NCBI GenBank assembly: GCA_052279835.1
Contig: CP181291.1
Span: 1-64,000, forward strand
Reading direction: 5' to 3'
DNA: 64,000 bases
Source of the DNA: Microcoleus sp.
Lineage (GTDB): Bacteria > Cyanobacteriota > Cyanobacteriia > Cyanobacteriales > Microcoleaceae
Of the stretch, positions 35,226 through 43,661 are shown one piece after another. Position 1 is the first letter of the stretch. Every line of letters begins with the position of its first letter. Under the pieces are notes generated by a model. That model was given only the letters and a program-made list of their open reading frames with translations. It was not told the origin of the DNA and did no database searches. The translations under genes and the position numbers were made by a program.

Positions 35226-37401
35226 CTCCCCACTCGTTGGGGAAACTAATTGAATGGAAACGCTAAATATCTGTCCATTAAGTACTTCCATCCATCACTG
35301 CCTATATACTCCCCACTCGTTGGGGAAACTAATTGAATGGAAACTGGCAACGCCGCTTTCAAACCCGCTGACCGTCACAGCTCCCCACTCGTTGGGGAAA
35401 CTAATTGAATGGAAACTCTTGCAGAAGTACAATTTAAAATTAGTGGAAGTAATACCTCCCCACTCGTTGGGGAAACTAATTGAATGGAAACTCTATCTAC
35501 TACTCTTCCAACTGCTGAGGGTGGTAATTTTACCTCCCCACTCGTTGGGGAAACTAATTGAATGGAAACTCGAGACTTCATTTTTTCCGGCTTCTAACAT
35601 CGGTAGGATAGGCTCCCCACTCGTTGGGGAAACTAATTGAATGGAAACTTTGTGAGTAACGCTTTTAACGTTCTTCCGTGATTGATTTCTGATTTCTCCC
35701 CACTCGTTGGGGAAACTAATTGAATGGAAACACACATAACCCTAGCAATAGTAAAAGGATCGGTTTGAGACTCCCCACTCGTTGGGGAAACTAATTGAAT
35801 GGAAACTACCGGGCTTATCCTTCTTAGATAACCAGTTATGACCATCCCAGGTCTCCCCACTCGTTGGGGAAACTAATTGAATGGAAACTGTGCAGACTTC
35901 AGGGAGTCATACACGTCTACTACTCTTGAACCTCCCCACTCGTTGGGGAAACTAATTGAATGGAAACCCATTCTCTGTGGTGGTCGTGGTAGTTGTCTCA
36001 CCTCCCCACTCGTTGGGGAAACTAATTGAATGGAAACAAGTTATTATCGCCATGTTGATCAGCAAGGTTGTTGAAACTCCCCACTCGTTGGGGAAACTAA
36101 TTGAATGGAAACGTTACATCATTGGCATTCTTCGACGTGGTTAAAACAATCTCCCCACTCGTTGGGGAAACTAATTGAATGGAAACCGATCAAACTGCGG
36201 GTAAGCGCCTAAGATTCCATCACCAGTCAACTCCCCACTCGTTGGGGAAACTAATTGAATGGAAACCTTGCATTTTTTGAGCCCAGACAACCTCTCCCCG
36301 CAAGCGCCTCCCCACTCGTTGGGGAAACTAATTGAATGGAAACTTCATGATTTGATTGGTTTGATTGTTTTGTTTTGTCTCCCCACTCGTTGGGGAAACT
36401 AATTGAATGGAAACTTAAATTGGGGCACACTGATGCGCGTACAGATAGTCAACTCCCCACTCGTTGGGGAAACTAATTGAATGGAAACCATGAACTTATC
36501 TTGAAGCTCTTTCTTGATAGTGCCAAGCCTCCCCACTCGTTGGGGAAACTAATTGAATGGAAACTTCGCCATTGCTCCGAATGTAAAAGTTGCGGAGCGC
36601 TCCCTCCCCACTCGTTGGGGAAACTAATTGAATGGAAACGCAAAAACTGCATTAGGCAGAGCTGAATTAGTCAACACTTTAATCCTCCCCACTCGTTGGG
36701 GAAACTAATTGAATGGAAACATAGTACGTTAATCCCGCCCAAAACTTCTTAAGGTAGTCTCTCCCCACTCGTTGGGGAAACTAATTGAATGGAAACTAGC
36801 TGCGTAGTAAAGTAACCAATCACAGCTACTCAAGTCTCCCCACTCGTTGGGGAAACTAATTGAATGGAAACCAAATTAATCTCCTTATCTAGAAGACCTG
36901 CGTTCAGTTCGCGGACTCCCCACTCGTTGGGGAAACTAATTGAATGGAAACTGGCGGTTTTAGAAATAGCTTTCATTGGTTTTTGGTTACTCCCCACTCG
37001 TTGGGGAAACTAATTGAATGGAAACTCTAACAAGTCAGTAGTGGTTTCAGTGGTCATCTCCCCACTCGTTGGGGAAACTAATTGAATGGAAACTGCTAGA
37101 TTTAGAAAAACTAGATTGACTAAATTGGCTAACACCTCCCCACTCGTTGGGGAAACTAATTGAATGGAAACCTATTCATCTCAACGTTGCCAATAGCGTT
37201 AAGGAAAACCTCCCCACTCGTTGGGGAAACTAATTGAATGGAAACTCAAGCACAGGATGTAGTGCCAGTAAAGGATTGTCTTCAGGTTCTCCCCACTCGT
37301 TGGGGAAACTAATTGAATGGAAACAAATATGTTATAGGTTTGATTTTGAATTTGGTTTGTACCGCCTCCCCACTCGTTGGGGAAACTAATTGAATGGAAA
37401 A
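35226..37401 (+). CRISPR. CRISPR array: 29 repeats of CTCCCCACTCGTTGGGGAAACTAATTGAATGGAAAC (36 nt), 28 spacers of 32-47 nt
   Basis: Repeats counted by hand from 35226 to 37366. The last repeat ends GGAAAA (degenerate), consistent with + orientation and the leader on the cas2 side. Confidence 0.98.
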
Positions 37402-37456
37402 TTTAAGTTGTACTATTTAACAGAATATTTTGTTTTGAGCTAATACTGAGGTACTT

Positions 37457-37600
37457 ATGGTTTCTAATTCTCTATTGTTTGGATTTTGCTATGTCGCTAC
37501 ACTTATCTTTTTTGCGATAACTGGTAACATACCTGCTGAGGTTATTGCTGTTATTCCTGGGGTGATGTATATCACATTCCGCTTTAAGAAGAATATTTGA
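37457..37600 (+). CDS. Small hydrophobic protein (47 aa, probably 2 TM)
   Basis: GAGGT RBS, then MVSNSLLFGFCYVATLIFFAITGNIPAEVIAVIPGVMYITFRFKKNI*. Below the ORF-track size cutoff. Confidence 0.55.
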   Translation: MVSNSLLFGFCYVATLIFFAITGNIPAEVIAVIPGVMYITFRFKKNI

Positions 37601-37646
37601 TGAATACAAACAATCTAGATCAACCCGCCCCACCCCACGCATAAAT

Positions 37647-39701
37647 TCAAACTATGATATCCGATCGATTTGCCGTCTCTGCCAGAATCTGCTTAATTTG
37701 GGTCGGAGTCAGATTCGGATTAGCCTGCAACATCAAAGCTACTACCCCAGCGATTTGGGGCACAGCCATGGAAGTACCCGCGAAATAACGATAAGGAATG
37801 CCCGGTACGGACAGGGGTACGGTGGAATAAATATCCCCTGAATCGGCTTTACCACCGTCACCTCCGGGAGCAATAAAATAATTAATTAATTCAGTTCCAG
37901 CCCGGTTAGAATAATCAGCAAACTGCTTGTTCCGCTCAATTGCACCGACAGCAATTCCAGCCTCATTAGCAAACCGAGCCGGATAATCTGCCTGGGGACG
38001 AGCATCATTTCCCGCAGCAGAAATCACGGTTACGCCCTTAGCTTCCGCCGCTCGAATCGCATTCAATTCTGGTTCGTTCAACTGTAAGCCACCCAAACTT
38101 ACATTAACTATCTTCGCCCCATTAGCAACTGCATAATTAATCGCAGCAATTTCATCCCTAATCCTTCCCGAACCGGATCTATCCAGTATTTTCAAAGGCA
38201 TAATCTTGGCAGTGGGAGCCACACCTGTCATCCCCACTCCATCCTTTTTCGCAGCTACTAAACCCGCTATATGAGTGCCGTGATTGTTATCATCCATGGG
38301 GTTATTATCGTTGTTCACAAAATCCCAGCCGCGGAAATCGTCCACTAAGCCATTCCCATCATCATCAATCCCGTTATTAGCTTTATTTCGACCCTGGGCA
38401 TCAATGCCGTTTTCCCCATTATTACTCCAAATATTCCCGGTCAAATCTGGGTGATTATAGTCAACTCCGCTGTCAATCACCGCTACCACAACTCCGTCTC
38501 CAGTTAACCCTTGGGCCCAAACTTCTGGGGCTTTAATTAAGTCTCTGCCCCAGTCGTCGCCGCCTAAGTCTGGAACATCAGGAAAAGTGGGACTGTTTCT
38601 GGCTTTAGCAACGGCGGCGGCGGCATTGACTAAACCAAATCCAAAACGAGAGTCAAAACCTTCTAAGTTGTTAAGATTGTTGGCAGAAATAGTGGTGGGT
38701 GTTGCCGACAGATTTAGGGTGAAGTTTGTATTGCCTTGGGATTGAGAAACTCGCACGTAGTAAGTTCCTGGTGCCAAAGCATTTAGTTGTAGGGATTTTG
38801 ATGATAAATTAGACTCTTGAGCAGAGGCAATAATATCTGTGAAGTCCACAGCATTGTCGCCATTAATGTCTTTGATTACGGTGAGGCCAACATCGGTATT
38901 CAAACCGTTGAGATTTAAGCTGAAGTCGCTAGTTACTGATAAGCTAAAGCGGTAAATATCGTCTGGTTGAGCGTTGCTAACTGAGTCGGTAATTGTTTGA
39001 GGGCTGCTGAGAGTGCCGATGTCGCGAGCTTGGCTGAGTTGGTTGCTCAATACGGGAGTTGCAGAGATGAATTTACCCGTGAGGTCTTGTGGCAATTTGT
39101 TGGTAACTACGCCTAGAATAGCACCGGATTGGCGAATTTTGATTATGGTATCGGAAATAGAAGGGCCGATCGCCTGTTGTTCGAGGATTAAGTCTGCTTC
39201 GGTAAGATTGTCAGTGAGTCCGATCGCATCCACTGAAGTATTAAAATCAGTAATTATGTCTGCCGCCATCAAATCCATGACTGCGGAATCGGTGCGGAAG
39301 ACAAAGGTATCGGAGCCCAACCCTCCTGTCAGGGTATCTTTGCCGCCATCGCCGATCAAAACGTCGGCACCTTTACCGCCGTTGAGTAAGTCAGTTCCTT
39401 TACCTCCCTGCAAGGTATCATTACCGGAGTCGCCGAAGAGGATGTCGTTACCGATACCGCCGTTGAGGATGTCATTGTCGGCACCACCGAAGAGTGTGTC
39501 GGAATTGGCTCCACCCAGGATTCTGTCGTTACCGTCATCACCGCTGAGGCGATCGGCATCTGACGCACCGACTACAAAATCGTTGCCGCCGAGAGCAAAT
39601 AGTCCATTTGGGTAAGGAGTTAAAAAGCCCGGTGTTAAAGTGAAACTATTGGGGCTATTATCTAAAAGATAGGAACGACCGTCAGGACTCGGGCCAGCCA
39701 T
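37647..39701 (-). CDS. Subtilisin-like S8 protease with RTX Ca-binding repeats and a PPC domain
   Basis: GGxGxD nonapeptides; catalytic triad VIDSG / HGTHIAG / GTSMA. Confidence 0.92.
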   Translation of the reverse strand: MAGPSPDGRSYLLDNSPNSFTLTPGFLTPYPNGLFALGGNDFVVGASDADRLSGDDGNDRILGGANSDTLFGGADNDILNGGIGNDILFGDSGNDTLQGGKGTDLLNGGKGADVLIGDGGKDTLTGGLGSDTFVFRTDSAVMDLMAADIITDFNTSVDAIGLTDNLTEADLILEQQAIGPSISDTIIKIRQSGAILGVVTNKLPQDLTGKFISATPVLSNQLSQARDIGTLSSPQTITDSVSNAQPDDIYRFSLSVTSDFSLNLNGLNTDVGLTVIKDINGDNAVDFTDIIASAQESNLSSKSLQLNALAPGTYYVRVSQSQGNTNFTLNLSATPTTISANNLNNLEGFDSRFGFGLVNAAAAVAKARNSPTFPDVPDLGGDDWGRDLIKAPEVWAQGLTGDGVVVAVIDSGVDYNHPDLTGNIWSNNGENGIDAQGRNKANNGIDDDGNGLVDDFRGWDFVNNDNNPMDDNNHGTHIAGLVAAKKDGVGMTGVAPTAKIMPLKILDRSGSGRIRDEIAAINYAVANGAKIVNVSLGGLQLNEPELNAIRAAEAKGVTVISAAGNDARPQADYPARFANEAGIAVGAIERNKQFADYSNRAGTELINYFIAPGGDGGKADSGDIYSTVPLSVPGIPYRYFAGTSMAVPQIAGVVALMLQANPNLTPTQIKQILAETANRSDIIV

Positions 39702-39806
39702 AGAAAGATACTCCGTAATAATTGCGATCGATCTAAATTTTAAATTTAAAACATGAGATTGTGGTTAAGAAATCAATAATCCCAAATTCAAAATTGGTAT
39801 CAGAAA

Positions 39807-40853
39807 ATGGGAAACAAAAATTTACGTCTAATTCAGAACTTTTTCCAGGTGGCAAAATCGCGTCTCAAACCTTATTTACGCTATTGTATTTTGGGCGGGA
39901 CGTTTTTATTTATCGCCCAAGCTTTTGTCACTCACTGGCAAGAAGTGGCGAATATCCGAATTGCGGCTACGAGTTTTCCCTTATTGGCGATCGCCCTGGG
40001 CAGCACTTTATTTTCGCTAATTTTTGTTGGCTGGGTGTGGATGTTGATTTTGCGGGAATTTCGTCAACGTGTAAATGTGGCTTGGGCGATTCAAGTTTTT
40101 CTCAAAACTAATATTGCTAAGTATTTACCGGGAAATATTTGGCATTTTTGGGGTAGGATATTGGATGCCAAAAAAGCTGGTATTTCGCCGCAAGTTGCTA
40201 CTCTCAGCGTATTATTGGAACCGCTACTGATGGCTTCCGCAGGCGTTTTGATTGGGTTGATTAGTTTTGATAAAATCCATTGGTTTTTGCGGTTTGTGGG
40301 TTGTGCGGCTATTTTAACGGCGATTCATCCCCAAACTCTAAATCCGATTGTTCTATTTGTAGAGAAGTTGAAGTTAAAGAAGCAGGATGGGAAAAATTCA
40401 AATTCTGGGGTGTCGGCGGCTGAGGGACTGAATTTACCTACAGAGTCTAGCTCCAATATAGCGAAAATAACATCGAGTGTCAAGGCTAAACACAAAATAA
40501 ATTTACCAATTAAACGCTATCCTTTAGTACCGTTAATTGGACAAATGTGTTTTATCGGATTGCGGGGAAGCGGTTTTGTGTTAACTGTGATGGCTTTAAC
40601 GAGGGTGCCTTTGGGCTATATTCCGAATTTATTCGGTGCTTTTTGTTTTGCCTTTGTGGTGGGTTTAGTGGTTCCTGGTGCACCGGGAGGTATGGGAGTA
40701 TTTGAAGCTACGGCGATCGCGCTACTTGGCGATCGCTTTTCTACGGGTATAATTCTGAGTGCGGTGGCTTTGTATCGGATTATCAGTATTGTGGCGGATG
40801 TTTCGGGTGCTGCGTTGGCAAAAATTGATCGAAGGCGCGATCGGCTGATGTAG
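39807..40853 (+). CDS. Lysylphosphatidylglycerol synthase TM (UPF0104) family membrane protein
   Basis: KYLPGNIW, PGAPGGMGVFEA and YRIIS. Confidence 0.85.
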   Translation: MGNKNLRLIQNFFQVAKSRLKPYLRYCILGGTFLFIAQAFVTHWQEVANIRIAATSFPLLAIALGSTLFSLIFVGWVWMLILREFRQRVNVAWAIQVFLKTNIAKYLPGNIWHFWGRILDAKKAGISPQVATLSVLLEPLLMASAGVLIGLISFDKIHWFLRFVGCAAILTAIHPQTLNPIVLFVEKLKLKKQDGKNSNSGVSAAEGLNLPTESSSNIAKITSSVKAKHKINLPIKRYPLVPLIGQMCFIGLRGSGFVLTVMALTRVPLGYIPNLFGAFCFAFVVGLVVPGAPGGMGVFEATAIALLGDRFSTGIILSAVALYRIISIVADVSGAALAKIDRRRDRLM

Positions 40854-41041
40854 GGGCAGTGGATGGTGAATGATATCAATTCAGGAGGTTGCACCGTCAA
40901 GATAGAGGAGACGGCTCTTGGAGTGTATCTAATCCAAAATAATATTGTAGGGACACGGCACGTGCAGTCTCCTAATTTCTTGGGCTACAATCAAACAAGA
41001 TTGTACTTAACTATTGAGCGATTTTAGTTTGGGATATCATT

Positions 41042-41353
41042 ATGCTATCAATAATTTATCCTCATATCGAGAAAGTAGCGGGTCAACCCGCACGGTTGCA
41101 GCGGATACCCCGCGTGCGGGTTGCTCAGATTGTCATGGATTATCTAGCTTATGGTTGGTCAGTGGAAGAAATGTGCCGCCAGCATCCTTATTTGATGCAG
41201 TCGGAGGCTCATGCAGCGATGGGTTATTACTTCGACTTTCAAGCTGAAATTGAGCAGGAGATTCGTGCAGAATGGGAGCAGGTACAACAGGAAAAATCTC
41301 TGCTTTCGCCTTCACCATTTTTCGTTAAAATGCGAGCTAAGGGATTGTTGTAA
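41042..41353 (+). CDS. DUF433-family antitoxin
   Basis: RVRVAQIV...GWSVEEM...HPYL...AAMGYY. Confidence 0.85.
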   Translation: MLSIIYPHIEKVAGQPARLQRIPRVRVAQIVMDYLAYGWSVEEMCRQHPYLMQSEAHAAMGYYFDFQAEIEQEIRAEWEQVQQEKSLLSPSPFFVKMRAKGLL

Positions 41354-41701
41354 GTGGCAATTTCTCTATACATGGATGTTCATATTCCGCAAGCAATTAC
41401 CGAGCAGTTGCGTCGTCGTGGTGTGGATGTTTTGACTGCGATGGAAGATGGTTCTACAGAATTGCCAGATGACGAACTTTTGGAACGTGCCACTCAGTTA
41501 GGAAGAGTATTATTTACTCATGATATCCTTTTTAAGGCAATGGCTCAAGATTGGCAGCGTCAGGAAAAACAGTTTTCTGGCTTGATATTTGGACATCAGC
41601 TAGGCGGTACAATCGGACAGTTTGTTAAGGATTTGGAACTGATTGCTTTAGCTTCGGAATCTGATGAATGGATGAATGCTGTTGAGTATATTCCTTTGTA
41701 G
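41354..41701 (+). CDS. DUF5615 PIN-like toxin
   Basis: LYMDVHI...DDELLERA...GRVLFTHD. Confidence 0.85.
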   Translation: MAISLYMDVHIPQAITEQLRRRGVDVLTAMEDGSTELPDDELLERATQLGRVLFTHDILFKAMAQDWQRQEKQFSGLIFGHQLGGTIGQFVKDLELIALASESDEWMNAVEYIPL

Positions 41702-41707
41702 TCAGTT

Positions 41708-41968
41708 TTACTCTCGCTCGCGCGATCGCAAATTAGCTCTAATTTGTGCCATTGCGGTTGCACCGTCTACGACTTCACCGCGTTGGGATGCTTCCTGGCC
41801 AATCAGTGCGTCTCGTTGAAGTTCTTGCAGTCTTCCTTGATAAATGTCTTGCTGTTGTTCGAGTAGTTTAATTGCTGCAAGGATAACGTCGATCGCACTG
41901 TTGTATTTGCCGCTGGTGAGTTGGCGCTGCACCAGGGCTTCGACTTCAGGAGGCAAAACAATTTGCAT
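41708..41968 (-). CDS. ParD-like RHH antitoxin (no parE partner)
   Basis: MQIVLPPEVEALVQRQLTSGKYNSAIDVILAAIKLL...RGEVVDG. ATG at 41968. Confidence 0.8.
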   Translation of the reverse strand: MQIVLPPEVEALVQRQLTSGKYNSAIDVILAAIKLLEQQQDIYQGRLQELQRDALIGQEASQRGEVVDGATAMAQIRANLRSRERE

Positions 41969-42012
41969 GGTGTTTGAGAATATGAGTGTTGATTCTATTG
42001 TAGGCGATCGCC

Positions 42013-42309
42013 CTAAGCTACCTTGGGGCAAATTTCGACTTTGACAGTCATCCCTACTGCGTTGAGCATTACAATCAGAGTATCAACAGAGAATTGCCCA
42101 ATTTTACCTTGAGTCAAAGCTTTAATTTGGTCGCTTGACTGTTTGAGATGTTGAGCTGTTTGGTCGATCGTCCAACCGTGATGCTTAATCTGATTTTGCA
42201 GGGCTAGCATTAGTTGCGATCGGATTAATAAGTTATCGGCTTCTTGGGCTGAAAATCCGAGGTCTAGAAAGATATTATCGGCGGCTTGGGTAATGGTATT
42301 TTCGCTCAT
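42013..42309 (-). CDS. XRE/HigA-like antitoxin (no toxin partner)
   Basis: NIFLDLGF...LLIRSQLM...GKIGQFSVDTLIVML. ATG at 42309. Confidence 0.8.
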   Translation of the reverse strand: MSENTITQAADNIFLDLGFSAQEADNLLIRSQLMLALQNQIKHHGWTIDQTAQHLKQSSDQIKALTQGKIGQFSVDTLIVMLNAVGMTVKVEICPKVA

Positions 42310-42437
42310 TGTTCGGGTTCTCTTAAATTCAAACGATTTTGTAAAAGTTTGGGGCGATCGGCTATAATCAAACAAGATTGTACAATGTTCCTCCTTTTCA
42401 ACTTAACTATTGAGCAATTTTAGTTTGGGATGTAATT

Positions 42438-42668
42438 ATGCTATCAATTGAGCGACTGATGAAAGAGGCTTTATCTTTGCCAAATGCGTTGAGAGCGCAG
42501 TTAGCAGAGAGGCTTGTTGAGAGTCTTGAATTTGATATAGACGGAACAGTTCAAAAGTTGTGGACTGCGGAAGCTAAGCAGCGTCGCGATGAAATCCGAA
42601 GCGGTATGGTTGAGCCAATTCCAGGAGAAGAAGCGTTAGCTCAGATTAGGCGGATTATAACACAATGA
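42438..42668 (+). CDS. Putative addiction-module antitoxin component (TIGR02574-like; no toxin partner)
   Basis: EALSLP..RAQLAERLVESL...WTAEAKQRRDEIRSG.V..IPGEE. Confidence 0.8.
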   Translation: MLSIERLMKEALSLPNALRAQLAERLVESLEFDIDGTVQKLWTAEAKQRRDEIRSGMVEPIPGEEALAQIRRIITQ

Positions 42669-42724
42669 TAGAATTAATCAGATCGCACTTTAGTTAGATT
42701 GGTTAGTTTAGGGGCATCGCCCAT

Positions 42725-43228
42725 CTAGTCTTTTTTATCCAAGTCTTCGGTTTTTGGAGTTTCTGAAGTTGAGGGGAATTCAAGTCGAATGTTAATATCA
42801 ATTGTTAGTGTATTTTGATTTTCAAAACCCATATCAACTATTTTTACTAAAGCATCGATCGGTAAAGAACTACTTAATTTAGCTTTCACAGACGACTGAG
42901 TTTTATATCCGGCTTCCTGTAGCCGATCGCAAATATTGCGCCAATTTCCTACAGGTTCGTTAGGTACATCGGCGAGTTTTTTGACATATTGGTATAAAGT
43001 TTTACATAAATAAACTTCTGCACTTTTGGGAGTCTGAAACATTTTTCTAGCGATTTCGGCGGGGCTGCAACCGGAAAGCAATCCTCGGAGGTAGAGTTTT
43101 TCGGTTTCTGTGAGTCCCCGACGCGATCGGGGTGAGATTTGGCGTTTAGCTTCTGCAAAAGCTTGGTACAGCCTTTCTAAGTCCCAGTGTTGGGCTGCTT
43201 CGGTAAATAAGTCTTCTTTTGATGCCAT
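42725..43228 (-). CDS. Hypothetical HTH protein
   Basis: LTETEKLYLRGLLSGCSPAEIARKM HTH-like segment; divergent from the peptidase gene. Confidence 0.6.
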   Translation of the reverse strand: MASKEDLFTEAAQHWDLERLYQAFAEAKRQISPRSRRGLTETEKLYLRGLLSGCSPAEIARKMFQTPKSAEVYLCKTLYQYVKKLADVPNEPVGNWRNICDRLQEAGYKTQSSVKAKLSSSLPIDALVKIVDMGFENQNTLTIDINIRLEFPSTSETPKTEDLDKKD

Positions 43229-43661
43229 TGTGGGTGTCGTGAGATTTGACTAACCATAACATAACCGAAATTGCTAGCGTTTGTTAGTTGACTTTTGAAT
43301 TTACATACTGTATGGTTATAAATGTTAAGTCTAGTTAAGTTTTTTGATGCGGTGTGAAACCCACTAGAAATACTCAGAATCAGTAATGGGTGCGATCGCT
43401 TCAACTAACCTCAAGGCTAATATCTGCGAAGATCTGACGGCGCTTGATAAAGTTTTGTAACAAAAAACCACTATTTTGCATAAAACTTGTGGACTCGGCC
43501 CGATAGATAAATAGAGCTTGAGAAGTACCGCTACTGTTGCGGTTCGTCGGGGCTCAGCGTGCATTAGGGCGATCGGCCGATCGGCTTTTAGAACAATTTG
43601 TTTATTTAGTCTCAGCAAACGCGCGGCAAGTGTATGTACTTGTCCCGAATCAACACGGGGA

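Noticed and set aside
35254..36665. ORFs with repeated PHSLGKLIEWK or VSIQLVSPTSGE
   Set aside because: Translations of CRISPR repeats.
35262..37365. Self-targeting spacers within the window
   Set aside because: None noticed by eye; an exhaustive alignment could not be run.
39013..39615. 200-aa plus-strand ORF
   Set aside because: Antisense to the RTX repeats of the S8 protease.
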